Shown one piece after another: positions 1 to 9,683 of a DNA stretch of 64,000 nucleotides (position 1 is its first letter; every line of letters begins with the position of its first letter). The translations under genes were made by a program, and so were the position numbers. Where the stretch lies: assembly GCA_965197745.1 (NCBI GenBank), contig CBDANS010000006.1, forward strand, positions 352,001 to 416,000, written 5' to 3'. This DNA comes from Opitutales bacterium (lineage in GTDB: Bacteria > Verrucomicrobiota > Verrucomicrobiia > Opitutales > PNEW01). The notes under the pieces are model-generated. The model saw nothing but the letters and a program-made list of their open reading frames with translations, had not been told where the DNA came from and did no database searches.

Positions 1-27
1 GAAAAACAGGAGCAAAGCAATGCTCAT
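1..27 (-). CDS. 5' fragment of a membrane protein downstream of nfeD (possibly a short NfeD or FloA-operon gene); runs off the window edge
   Basis: ATG at 27-25 gives MSIALLLFF..., 17 nt after the nfeD stop; only 9 codons are visible. Confidence 0.3.
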
Positions 28-44
28 TAATGTGATTATAATAC

Positions 45-1694
45 TCATACGCTTGTTTTTTTAACAATGAGAGCAAAGCTCTGATGGCCCGTTACCTCAA
101 CAGCTTCACCTCGATCCAAGATTCCATAACCTAGTGTAGCCTCATAACGTCTGCCCTCAATCTCAATTTCTCCAGCGGGATGTAAGTCAGAAACCGCTAC
201 ACCCTGTGCGCCGATCTCAGGCAACTCGACTCCTTTATCATAGCTGCTGCCACCGCCAGCCGTCAACGGGTCGGGCGCGGCTACCCCTCCGGAGAGCGTT
301 AGTTTATCCCAAACCCAGGACTTGGGAAGAAACCGCCACAAGAGCAGGACTCCGAGAATAGCTATGGTGACCGAAAGCGCCAGTTCGTAAACAGGGGGCC
401 ATAAAATATCAGGATTTAATTCAAATGCGTCTCCGGGCCAGATATCTGCCAAAGACCAGATGAGAGAGCCAAAAACCAAAGCCAGGCCGGTCACCGCGGG
501 AAAAATGGTACCCGGTAAGACAAACAACTCCACGGCGATGAGAACCAGGCCCAATAAAAAAAGAATTACGGCTTCTTGTCCCGCGAGTCCCACTACATAA
601 TTACTGATGAAAACAACCAGGAGCATGCCGATACCTATCCCTCCCACGATGCCAAAATTGGGTGTCTTAAATTCGATAATCAGGCACAGAATGCCAAGCC
701 CCATGAGAACGGGCTTTATCATGTCTAGATACTGAGCAAGTGATTCGGACCAGGTGATTTCAAATGCTTTAATTTCATAATTACTCTCGCCATACTTATC
801 GTTAAGCAGCTCCTCCAAAGACGCCGCGATCCCTGCGCCCAGCAGGGCACGCGGGGGATCACCGTATTCATCCATCGCTTCACTTGCTGTTAAAGTAAGA
901 AGTTCTCCCTCCCCTTTGATAACTTTCCCATCTATTTCGAGGACAAAATTTTCGTCCATCATGGCGCGAATCACCTCAGCCCGGAAAGGGTACTTTTCCG
1001 TATAGGTACGTATCTTCGCCCTTAAATGACTCATTATTTTTAATTTTGCGGTCTCGGGAATTTCCTGCCCTCCAGGCATAATCGGCGCGGCAGCCCCTAT
1101 CTGGCCTTTGGGAGCAAAGTAAATTTCATGCGTGGAAGCGGCGATAAAGGCGCCTGCCGATGTGGCATCAACATTTACATAAGTAATCGTATCACCTTCA
1201 AAACGATCGAGCGTATCCATCATTTCCAAGGTCACATCCACACGCCCTCCCGGCGTGTTCATGTCAAGGACTACACTATCGACTTCATTGTCAATGGCCT
1301 CCTTGATACCACGACGGAGAATATACTCAATCGGTTTGGAGATAACACCCTCGACGGTTACGACATATACTTTATGATATTTTTTTTCGGGCGCGGGCGA
1401 AGACTCCTCAGCATCCTCTGCTTCACCCTGTTGGCTCCCGGCATCAGCTATCTCGGTAATCGCTTCTTTTATTTCGTTTTGCACAATCTCTGATTGCTCC
1501 TCTGTATCAGCGGCAGCTTCTTTATCATCAGGAGAAGGAGCCTTCTCCACTTCCTCACGGTCAGGGCTATGATCCTCTCCTTCTTCGCCATTTAATGGAC
1601 TTTTTATCACGAAAAAAGCCTGAGCGATAATAGCAGCTATGAAAACATAGCCATAACTGAATAGAACATTCTTTCGCATAGTATGTAATGCCAT
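45..1694 (-). CDS. nfeD: NfeD-family (long form) membrane-bound ClpP-class protease
   Basis: DMNTPGG and SAGAFIA...IGAAAP motifs, TM bundle with IEFKTPNFG / ELFVLPG, C-terminal OB domain (G-A-SDLHPAGEIEIEG); start at ATG 1694 or 1679 is more likely than 1787. Confidence 0.85.
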   Translation of the reverse strand: MALHTMRKNVLFSYGYVFIAAIIAQAFFVIKSPLNGEEGEDHSPDREEVEKAPSPDDKEAAADTEEQSEIVQNEIKEAITEIADAGSQQGEAEDAEESSPAPEKKYHKVYVVTVEGVISKPIEYILRRGIKEAIDNEVDSVVLDMNTPGGRVDVTLEMMDTLDRFEGDTITYVNVDATSAGAFIAASTHEIYFAPKGQIGAAAPIMPGGQEIPETAKLKIMSHLRAKIRTYTEKYPFRAEVIRAMMDENFVLEIDGKVIKGEGELLTLTASEAMDEYGDPPRALLGAGIAASLEELLNDKYGESNYEIKAFEITWSESLAQYLDMIKPVLMGLGILCLIIEFKTPNFGIVGGIGIGMLLVVFISNYVVGLAGQEAVILFLLGLVLIAVELFVLPGTIFPAVTGLALVFGSLIWSLADIWPGDAFELNPDILWPPVYELALSVTIAILGVLLLWRFLPKSWVWDKLTLSGGVAAPDPLTAGGGSSYDKGVELPEIGAQGVAVSDLHPAGEIEIEGRRYEATLGYGILDRGEAVEVTGHQSFALIVKKTSV

Positions 1695-1855
1695 TTTCTT
1701 AATTATAATAATGAAGCTTTTAAATGCCAAATGCAAGCATGAGAATGATCTCCTGCTTACTCGAAAGTGATCAATACAGACTGTCAATACAGGTTCTGGT
1801 TTCCTCTAAAATGTTAATTTTAAATAACAGAGCGGTTACCCCGGATAGCTAAAAC

Positions 1856-3034
1856 TTACCAATCGCCAACTGCGCCGTCCGCATAGTATGAACGCTGCGG
1901 TAATTCCTGCTTAAAAGGATGATTGGCTACTTTATCTTCATCAATTTCAACTCCCAGTCCGGGCTTCGTGTTCGGCCTCACAATCCGGCCCTCTTTTTCA
2001 ACTTCGAATCCCCAGGTAACAATATCCTCGCGCCAGGGAACATCCTGATGAACGGCTTCACAGATAATATAACTTGGCGTCGCAAAGCCCAGTTCAAGTG
2101 AGGCTGCCGTGCTGACGGGTCCCTGGGGGTTATGAGGAGCCATGGCCACACGGTAAGCTTCGGCCAGGCTCGCGATGCGTCGCGCTTCACTGAGACCGCC
2201 ACAGTGTGTGATATCAGGTTGAATTATGCTACAACCACCGCATGCCAGCAAATCGCGAAAAGCGTGTATTCCAATCATCCGTTCACCCGTGGCGATCGGG
2301 GTGGATACAGCTCTCTGAATTGCCGCAATGTCTTCGTAGACTTCCGGCCAACAGGGTTCTTCAAAAAAATAAAGGCCATAAGGTTCCAGGGCCTTGGCAA
2401 AAAGCATGCCCATTCGCGGCGAAGGCCGCGCATGGCAGTCTACCATGATGTCTATATTCTCGCCCACAGCTTCGCGCATGGCCTGAACACAGGCTTCCGC
2501 ATAGCGAATTGGCTTGAGGCCTTCTATAGGCATCGTTTCCGGCACCGCCATCGATTTAAAAGCGGTAAATCCATCCTCTACGACTTGTTGAGCCATCTCC
2601 GCGAAACGGGGTGCGTCCTGCGGTTTTGTCTCATAAAAGTCCTCCATTTTACCGCCCCCCAGATGGCAATATAGGCGAACATAGTCGCGCACCGGTCCAC
2701 CCCACAACTGATGGCAGGGGGTCTCTTTAATTTTCCCCAGGATATCCCATAAAGCGAGATCGATCCCGCTGATCGCTGTGCCGCGAACAACACCATTTCC
2801 ATGCCAGAAATGCTGACGGTACATCACTTGCCAAAGATACTCGATCCTCCGGGGATCTTCTCCAATAAGCAGACTTGAAATATCTTCAACTGCGCCAACG
2901 ACGGCGCGCGTGTGCCATTCCAGTGTTGCTTCACCCCAACCAAATAGGCCGGGTTGATCGGTTATGACCTTTACGAAAATCCAGTTACGCATGCGCGCGT
3001 TGCATACGATAGTTTCAATTTTTGTTATTTTCAT
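1856..3034 (-). CDS. dgoD: Galactonate dehydratase-like enzyme (mandelate racemase/enolase superfamily)
   Basis: [60 protein letters not shown] end; substrate not certain. Confidence 0.8.
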   Translation of the reverse strand: MKITKIETIVCNARMRNWIFVKVITDQPGLFGWGEATLEWHTRAVVGAVEDISSLLIGEDPRRIEYLWQVMYRQHFWHGNGVVRGTAISGIDLALWDILGKIKETPCHQLWGGPVRDYVRLYCHLGGGKMEDFYETKPQDAPRFAEMAQQVVEDGFTAFKSMAVPETMPIEGLKPIRYAEACVQAMREAVGENIDIMVDCHARPSPRMGMLFAKALEPYGLYFFEEPCWPEVYEDIAAIQRAVSTPIATGERMIGIHAFRDLLACGGCSIIQPDITHCGGLSEARRIASLAEAYRVAMAPHNPQGPVSTAASLELGFATPSYIICEAVHQDVPWREDIVTWGFEVEKEGRIVRPNTKPGLGVEIDEDKVANHPFKQELPQRSYYADGAVGDW

Positions 3035-3126
3035 CGTAACAGAATCGCTTAACAATAAATCTCAAATACCGGAAGCTTTATTTTAAAAGGGGGCTTAAAA
3101 AAGTAGCATATGGACAAGCCGTAAAT

Positions 3127-3259
3127 CTTCGTCTTCGTCCCTGTGGATATTTTCGAAATAATGACCAAGTAAAATTTTATAAATAAATCATTCTTTTACA
3201 GGAAAATGGTGGGGATAAGGTAGAGGAGGACGCAGACGAAGAGGCGGACGAAGACGAAG
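3127..3259. repeat. Perfect 14-bp inverted repeat pair enclosing an AT-rich spacer (MITE-like)
   Basis: CTTCGTCTTCGTCC at 3127-3140 and GGACGAAGACGAAG at 3246-3259. Confidence 0.6.
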
Positions 3260-3341
3260 CTTTATTTTATGGGTTCTGATATTTAAATTGTTTTAGTCCT
3301 ATCTAAATACTAACCTCTTCCGTTCAAAATTAACCTAATGA

Positions 3342-3371
3342 TTGACAATTCAATAAGATCGATGGTTAATT
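3342..3371 (+). promoter_or_regulatory. Probable sigma70 promoter of tRNA-Asn
   Basis: TTGACA 3342-3347, 17-nt spacer, GTTAAT 3365-3370, ~20 nt upstream of the tRNA. Confidence 0.5.
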
Positions 3372-3391
3372 CCGATCTTTTTTGAAACCAA

Positions 3392-3466
3392 TGCCCGGTA
3401 GCTCAGTGGTAGAGCAGGTGGCTGTTAACCACTTTGTCGCAGGTTCGAATCCTGCCCGGGCAGCCA
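3392..3466 (+). tRNA. tRNA-Asn (GTT)
   Basis: Acceptor stem TGCCCGG/CCGGGCA, D-arm GCTCAGTGGTAGAGC, anticodon arm GGTGG-CTGTTAA-CCACT, T-arm GCAGG-TTCGAAT-CCTGC, encoded CCA. Confidence 0.97.
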
Positions 3467-3530
3467 TTCGACGTGCTGACTAGGTCAGCTTGCTCATGAC
3501 AGGCCAATGTGCAAAGGTGAATAGATAGGT

Positions 3531-3697
3531 GGGCAGGATGAGAACCTGGGTTCGTTCCGAGGAGCTACTGCGACGACACAAGCGAAGCGTCCATCCTGCC
3601 CGGGCAGCCATTTGTTAAGGATGATGATTGGCAGGATGAGAACCTGGGTTCGTTCCGAGGAGCTACCGCGACGACACAAGCGAAGCGTCCATCCTGC
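3531..3697 (+). repeat. Two ~68-bp tandem tRNA-derived repeat units (period 98)
   Basis: 3532-3600 and 3630-3697 differ by one internal base; unit 1 runs into a 20-nt copy of the tRNA 3' end (3593-3612 = 3449-3468). Confidence 0.9.
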
Positions 3698-3722
3698 GGG
3701 TGATGTAACCGCATGTAAATTC

Positions 3723-3757
3723 AATCGACAATCGGCAGTCCGCAATCGACAATCGAA
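3723..3757 (+). repeat. Degenerate heptamer tandem repeat (AATCGAC x5)
   Basis: aatcgac aatcggc agtccgc aatcgac aatcgaa. Confidence 0.6.
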
Positions 3758-3759
3758 CC

Positions 3760-4662
3760 ATGTCCCTTAACTTGACGCTGCTTGGCACCGGCACACCAAC
3801 ACCGTTGATTCATCGCGCTGGATCATCCTATTTAGTCACCCTGGAGGATGAGATGCTGCTCTTTGATTGTGGTCCGGGCTGTGTGCGACGATTGATTAAG
3901 AAAGGCATTGCTCCTACCCGTATAACCAGTCTTCTTCTGACCCATTTGCATTATGACCACTGTGTGGATTACGGCTATCTCGTTTTAAATCGCTGGGATC
4001 AAGGGGCAGGTCAGATTCCTGAATTAGACGTCATCGGTCCGGAAAATACACAACAGATAACAAACGCGCTTTTTAACAAGGGTGGGGCTTTTGATCCCGA
4101 CCTGACTGCTCGAACGCAACATCCAACCAGTCACTTTATCTATGAACAGCGTGGCGGTAAATTACCACGCGTACGCCCCTCCCCCGTCGTGACCGAGGTA
4201 GCATCAGGGACTTTAATTAAACGCGATAAGTGGAGTCTTGAAGTGGCGGAAGTCATTCACGTCCAACCTTACCTGGCCTGTTTAGCTTATCGATTAAATA
4301 CATCCTCCCACGCGATCGTCTTTGGGGGAGATACAGCACCCATTGCCAGCCTGACTAAACTGGCTGAAAGAGCCGATGTGCTGCTGCACATGTGTCATTT
4401 CTTTAATGGGGTGAACACCGATGCCCGACTGACGGACTTCTGTTCCGGCCATCTCGATGCGGCTCGCACCGCCCGCGATGCACAAGTCAAAACCTTGATC
4501 CTGGTCCATCTTACAGAACAATTGGAACAACCCGGTATTCGCGAGCGTGTATTAACCGAAGCTGGCCAGATATTCGAGGGTAATATCATTTTCGGTGAAG
4601 ACCTGCTCGAGGTGCCACTCGACCTCATTGAACCCTCCCCTTCCATAGAGAATAGCGGTTAA
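3760..4662 (+). CDS. MBL-fold metallo-hydrolase, RNase Z/ElaC-AtsA subfamily
   Basis: LLGTGTP, FDCGPG, THLHYDH, GDT, ADVLLH, LILVH, GEDL motifs. Confidence 0.85.
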   Translation: MSLNLTLLGTGTPTPLIHRAGSSYLVTLEDEMLLFDCGPGCVRRLIKKGIAPTRITSLLLTHLHYDHCVDYGYLVLNRWDQGAGQIPELDVIGPENTQQITNALFNKGGAFDPDLTARTQHPTSHFIYEQRGGKLPRVRPSPVVTEVASGTLIKRDKWSLEVAEVIHVQPYLACLAYRLNTSSHAIVFGGDTAPIASLTKLAERADVLLHMCHFFNGVNTDARLTDFCSGHLDAARTARDAQVKTLILVHLTEQLEQPGIRERVLTEAGQIFEGNIIFGEDLLEVPLDLIEPSPSIENSG

Positions 4663-4685
4663 CAGCCGATTGTATTATCCCCCTT

Positions 4686-4848
4686 GTCATTGCGAAGGAG
4701 GTGTAGCTGACTGCGGCTACCGAGTCCCACAACTGCGGGACGACAATCTTCCATTCCAGAGGAATGCCGGTTACGTCTTCACAGTCCCCTGGAATGGGAG
4801 ATGTTGCTGCGCTCGGTAGCCACCGCTGTCAAACAGCCTCGCGATGTC
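4686..4848. repeat. Nested palindromic intergenic element (RPE/REP-like)
   Basis: GTCATTGCGA...TCGCGATGTC outer arms, GGCTACCGAG/CTCGGTAGCC (10 bp) and CCATTCCAG/CTGGAATGG (9 bp) inner arms. Confidence 0.7.
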
Positions 4849-4932
4849 AAAGGAAATCAATTTCAATTAATTATAGACAACATGTCTCGCCGAAGTCTTG
4901 ACGAAGGAAGATCGAGAATTGATATTGAAAAG

Positions 4933-5904
4933 ATGAATGCATTTGTAAGTTCCAAAGAAAAGATCCGAGCCTGGATGGACACCCATTTCGACGAAGAGGG
5001 AATCAGCACCGATGACGCCGATGATTCACGCTATTATTATAAGACACCCTACCTTCTTACCAAGGTGGGATTGCGGTCTAAAGGCGCGCGGGTGGCAAAA
5101 CAGGTTAAAGAAAGGTTTATAGACTCGGAAGGAAATCTCACGGGACCCCCGGAATTTTCGCTCGAAAATCGCGTTTATGCCATGGGTTGGTTGGGGTTTG
5201 GCGCAATGATCGTAGAACGGTTTGATCTAGCAGGGATAATGGCTGACCGCCTGATTCAAATGCAAGATACGGAGTCCGGGGGGATTCTATTGCCTGATGA
5301 AGACGCAGGCGAAGCGGTAGCGGAAGTCTGTTTTTCAGCCGGCGCGGGCATGGCCTTGGCCGCCACGGGTAAAAACGAGAGAGCAAAACTCATGGCTGAC
5401 CGGTTTGTTACATTGCTGGACGCGCAACCTGAGAGTGGCTGCTATTACAACCGCTTTCGCGGCGATGGTTCGATCTTCGCAAGATCAGCGGAAGGGGGTT
5501 GGGAAAAGTCATATAATCTAAAACTGGCAGAACAGCGTCCCGCCAATTTTGCAACCGTTGTCTTGGCTCTCGTCTGGACCGGTCGCGCGTTAAGAGATAA
5601 ATCCTATTTTACCGCAGCCCAACGCTATGTTGATATAGTCTATAGCCATGAAATGGACCCGGCCCATTTCGGGCGTGCGACTAAATTCGGATGGGCCATG
5701 CTTACCTTGTATGAAGAGACGGGCAACCCTGCCCTCTTCGAACACGCCAAACACTTAGGCGATGTTTTATTAAGCCATCAATGCGATGATGGGTTCTGGT
5801 TTTCAAAGCCGGGGCACAATGAGGACGAACCGGCATGGATGCGCCTGGCCTATTCTGCTGACTGCGCGATGACCGTTTGCTCACTGGCGAACATGTTAAA
5901 ATGA
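4933..5904 (+). CDS. Hypothetical protein, probable (alpha/alpha) toroid fold (six-hairpin glycosidase/prenyltransferase-like)
   Basis: Repeated helix-Q-x-x-x-G-G/aromatic motifs (QDTESGG, QPESGCYY, QCDDGFW) and LYEETGNP; start ATG 4933 preferred because the upstream frame lies in the repeat. Confidence 0.6.
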   Translation: MNAFVSSKEKIRAWMDTHFDEEGISTDDADDSRYYYKTPYLLTKVGLRSKGARVAKQVKERFIDSEGNLTGPPEFSLENRVYAMGWLGFGAMIVERFDLAGIMADRLIQMQDTESGGILLPDEDAGEAVAEVCFSAGAGMALAATGKNERAKLMADRFVTLLDAQPESGCYYNRFRGDGSIFARSAEGGWEKSYNLKLAEQRPANFATVVLALVWTGRALRDKSYFTAAQRYVDIVYSHEMDPAHFGRATKFGWAMLTLYEETGNPALFEHAKHLGDVLLSHQCDDGFWFSKPGHNEDEPAWMRLAYSADCAMTVCSLANMLK

Positions 5905-5931
5905 GTCCCGGTAATAACACCCGAGATAACT

Positions 5932-7161
5932 TTATATTTCTTCAACGCGTTTTTGAGCATCTTTCACAATATTGGCAACAGGCCTATTGGTATTAATAGC
6001 CCCTTTCATTATGTCATCGATGATGGCCGCCAGCTGAATCCATTTTGGGTGTCGTGGTAAATCACGAGCATTATTTTGGAGTTTTTCCAATTTACGGTAA
6101 TAAGGTATAATCTGATTGAGCTGCTCATCCTGCCAGGTAGATAACCTGCTCCCGTTTCCTCCTTCCAGGGTTAGCAGTCTATCCATTTTTTTACTGACGC
6201 AGTGCCGGATAAAACGGTAGGCCAGATCTTTATTACGACACCCGCTGGCAATACCTAAGACCCAGTATACATTCAGCGTTATGCCACGCATTGAAGTGTC
6301 ATGCGGTAAATACGTCACCCCAACCTTTCCTTTTACTTTTGATTCGGGAAGCGATTCACACTGGGCGGCACAGCTAAACCAATTTATCATCATTGCTGCT
6401 TCACCTTTAGCGAAAACCCTACCCGATTCTACGGCGTCTAGCATCCGCGTATTCGAATTCATTACCGAGGAGTCATTAACAAAATCACGGTAAAATGATA
6501 ATGTCCCCTCCACAAGCGGCTGGTTTAAGTTAAACTCTCCATAACGATCATAAAGCACTCCGCCGCTGGACCAAAAATGAAGGAAAAAATCACAAATCGT
6601 GTTATACCCATCCTGGTTTGCGATAAATACAGCACCTGAAAATCCGTTTTCCGGACGATTAAAATACTGGGCCACCTCTTTAAATTCACCCTAGGTTTGA
6701 GGAACCTTGAGTGGATACCCGTATCTTTTTTCATAGGCTGCATCCTCTTCAGGATTATTTAAGAGATCTTTACGATAGATAAGGCATTTTTGACCATCAT
6801 GGTAAGGAAGGCCATAGACTTCGTCGCCATATGTTTGAAAATGCAATAAGGAGTTATCCCACCCATTGGGATAATTGTCCGGGGGCAAGTCGCGTAAGAA
6901 TAATTGCAAATCTATCAGATGTTGTCCGGTAACAGCTTCAGCGATCCAATCGGTCACGATGAAGGCAACGTCAAAATCACCCCGTTTAAGTCCCTCACTT
7001 TTAAAGAGAGCTCCATATAAATCAGGAATATCTAAAGCCTTTATATCCAGGGTCAGATCAAGGCCTTCCGATTCGCAAAAATTTTCCCACTGTTTTTTAA
7101 TGGCTCTTTCAAAGGCATCTAATCTTTTTACCGCGATTCGCAGGCATTTATGGTCGGTCAT
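5932..7161 (-). pseudogene. Sugar ABC substrate-binding protein (family 1) interrupted by an in-frame TAG at 6691-6693
   Basis: ORFs 6691-7161 and 5932-6675 share one frame: YGLPYHDG...IYRKDL...VPQT*GEFKEVAQYF...FAKGEAAMMINW. Confidence 0.8.
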
Positions 7162-7331
7162 TGAGAGTATGCTGAAGGGGTCAGCTGCTGGGGCCGAAAA
7201 TAAATCACGGCTTACCTGGCTTCTCTCCAGGCATAGTTATAGTGCTGTGGCTGAAGCCTCGGTGTATAAGGGTTGAAATCCTGTCTCGCCCTGAGAGTTA
7301 CGATGGCGGGTCAGTCGAAATCTGGAATTTT

Positions 7332-7751
7332 CTAGGACCAGCAGGAGAGGACACCACCCATAATTGTGGTGCTTAACACGCGGTATCCGGCATTTATAAA
7401 CAAAAGTTTCACCGGACGGTTTTCCCAGAGAATATCGGAATAAATATTGAAGGCATAAATGGCCAGACCCAACCCGAAACCGAGGAGCAAGCCGTTTGGC
7501 CAGTAGATGATATCCAGGCTTTCTATCGTCAGGGCAATTACGATAGCAGTACCCAGAGTTAGAATGAAGGTGAGGATCATCGCCTTAGTCGAACTGCCAA
7601 GATTATCTTTGTTGAGTCCGGTAGCACTCAACCACGCTTTCCCAAAGAGGGGGCCGTACCAAAGCCAACCAATTATGAAGGTGACGATTGTCACAACAAT
7701 AATAGCAAGCCAATTAACTTCGCCAATCAGATAAGAGAGTGGATTAATCAT
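7332..7751 (-). CDS. DUF1761-family membrane protein
   Basis: VNWLAI...IGWLWYGPLFGKAW...LFINAGY, four TM segments. Confidence 0.8.
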   Translation of the reverse strand: MINPLSYLIGEVNWLAIIVVTIVTFIIGWLWYGPLFGKAWLSATGLNKDNLGSSTKAMILTFILTLGTAIVIALTIESLDIIYWPNGLLLGFGLGLAIYAFNIYSDILWENRPVKLLFINAGYRVLSTTIMGGVLSCWS

Positions 7752-7961
7752 ATTGATCTCCTGGATTTTGATGAGTTTTCATTAAGGAATAAACAATTAG
7801 ACAGAGACAGCGCAAAGCGCTGCTCTCATGGTGATCGTTATTCGCCTACGGCGTCAATATAATTAACTGTGAATTGTCTATTTGCGATCCGTCGCTGTCC
7901 ATAGTTCCGTCACTGTTAATTGAAGGATGGACATCATCAAAATCGACAATCGGTAATTCCC

Positions 7962-9683
7962 CTATTCATCATCAATGATTCCGTAAACCAATGTATTGGG
8001 GAAAAAGGCGTACCAGCCAAACCAATAAGCGAGGTGGCCACTGATGCGAGGCACTTCTAATCCCTCTTCGTTGATTAAAGCCTCTTCGGTAATGCTCCAC
8101 TCCCGTCCTTCGGCGTCGATCACGGTATCAACACTCATACCCGGGCTAAAGGTCTGTACTCCTCGATCATAAGCGCGCACTTCCGCTCCTGCCGAATAGG
8201 TGAGAGGAAAAGGTGTTTCAACGAAATCAACCGTAGCAATACCGCGTTGAGCAATTAAAACTACAGGGGTCTCGCCGATGAGATCATTAACCACTTGCTC
8301 CTCGGTGAGGGATTCGATGGGATACGCCTTGGGGATCCCCTCAATTTCAAGAGCGTAAATCTGATCCTTGGTGTCTAAAAGATCTCTTCTTTGCGCAACT
8401 GGAAATAAGGTATCAGGCGAGCCAAAGTATGTACCGTAGGCTCTGCCATTGGCATAGGGTCGATTAAAACCCGTTTCGATGTCGAGAACCGTGGTTTGCG
8501 GGTGCTGTTCCTGCCAGGATGCCCAGTCGGTGAGAACGACGGGTAAAATTTTAAGTTGCAGATTAGTTCCCGCAAGAGGTCCCAGAACCGGTTTCCCCGT
8601 GAACTGGTTCCAGAGTGTTCGCGTTTGCCGGTCGTACATCAGCTTATTGCTGCGAAAGAGAAATCCGGAAGTACCAAAGTTATAGGTGATTCCCTCAGCA
8701 ACACGGCCATCGTAAGCGATACCGGCCCCACAGAGAGTGCAGTAAGCAAGGGAAACGGGCACGCCGCCAATCACTTCATTCGCCATTTCGTGCCAGTCCA
8801 TAATGCGTAAAGGATAGGCACGCGCGTCACCGTTAATAGAGATCCCGAAAACCAGATCAGTAAGTTCCAGATAAGTTGCCGCTTCCGTTGATAACCTATT
8901 CGGGTTGTCAAGAGGTGGGATACCGTCCACCAACACACCACCCCATAAAATCTCTTCGGTGCGTATGCGCGAGGGGAAATCATCCCTGAGAAAATCACCA
9001 AATTCAGAATCAATATTGGATAAGAGGCGCCCTTTCCAACCGGTAAATCCAGAAGGTGGCGCGAGCTTAGTTAAACCATACCATTCTACCCAAGCAGCCC
9101 AACTGCCGCCAAAATTTTCACCACTTAGCGCCTCCAAGGTATCAATTATAATGGAGCGGCCTACCGCGACTTGGATGAATACCTCCTGGGCACGCATCAG
9201 CTCGATAAATACTGCAATATAACGTGTATCATTACGACTAACGATATCATCAATTAAGGTTAGCGCCGCATCGCTGTTTTCGCTTACCAGGGTGTCCAGC
9301 GTCTGCGCGGTTGCTTCCTTCTCTGTTATACGTGCCTCACGCAGGTTTGTTACCCATACCGACGTCTCGTAAATAAATAGATAGGGATAGGATTCATCAC
9401 TGGTCCAAATCCAACCGAGTTGCGAGTCCCAGAACCACACACTATCCGAGCTCGTGCCATCACTGTAGAGCCAGCCCTGTGTTTCGTGATATATCCAAGG
9501 AAAGGATGTGTCGTAAAAAAATCCCAACCATGCCGATTCTTTCCAACCCGATCCCAAATCTACAGTGTCCGCTCCCCGCCAGTCTTCATAAACGGTAGAT
9601 TGAGCAGTGGCATTTGCGGCCAGCAATAACCCAATTACCAACAGCGTATACACCCGCCAAAATGAAACAGAGGAATGCATCAT
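7962..9683 (-). CDS. Secreted DUF3179-domain protein with an N-terminal Trp-rich module
   Basis: WGGV-DGIPPLDNP, ARAYPLRIMDWHEMAN, YCTLCG, FGTSGFLFRSNKLMYDRQT, YWFGWYAFFPNT; signal peptide ending ANATA. Confidence 0.85.
   Translation of the reverse strand: MMHSSVSFWRVYTLLVIGLLLAANATAQSTVYEDWRGADTVDLGSGWKESAWLGFFYDTSFPWIYHETQGWLYSDGTSSDSVWFWDSQLGWIWTSDESYPYLFIYETSVWVTNLREARITEKEATAQTLDTLVSENSDAALTLIDDIVSRNDTRYIAVFIELMRAQEVFIQVAVGRSIIIDTLEALSGENFGGSWAAWVEWYGLTKLAPPSGFTGWKGRLLSNIDSEFGDFLRDDFPSRIRTEEILWGGVLVDGIPPLDNPNRLSTEAATYLELTDLVFGISINGDARAYPLRIMDWHEMANEVIGGVPVSLAYCTLCGAGIAYDGRVAEGITYNFGTSGFLFRSNKLMYDRQTRTLWNQFTGKPVLGPLAGTNLQLKILPVVLTDWASWQEQHPQTTVLDIETGFNRPYANGRAYGTYFGSPDTLFPVAQRRDLLDTKDQIYALEIEGIPKAYPIESLTEEQVVNDLIGETPVVLIAQRGIATVDFVETPFPLTYSAGAEVRAYDRGVQTFSPGMSVDTVIDAEGREWSITEEALINEEGLEVPRISGHLAYWFGWYAFFPNTLVYGIIDDE

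Noticed and set aside
3449..3612. Integrated prophage or genomic island bounded by att sites
   Set aside because: The tRNA 3'-end duplicate is only 144 bp away, and no integrase or distal copy was noticed
3531..3697. CRISPR array
   Set aside because: Only two units of ~68 bp, derived from the tRNA, and no cas genes in the window
3494..3745. 83-aa minus-strand ORF
   Set aside because: Lies entirely over the tRNA-derived and heptamer repeats; no protein features
3760..4662. Calling the gene rnz
   Set aside because: Shares the fold but has THLHYDH and an atypical insertion; orthology is not supportable
6691..6693. Pyrrolysine or stop-codon reassignment
   Set aside because: The position corresponds to a conserved Trp, TAG terminates other genes in the window, and no pyl genes are seen
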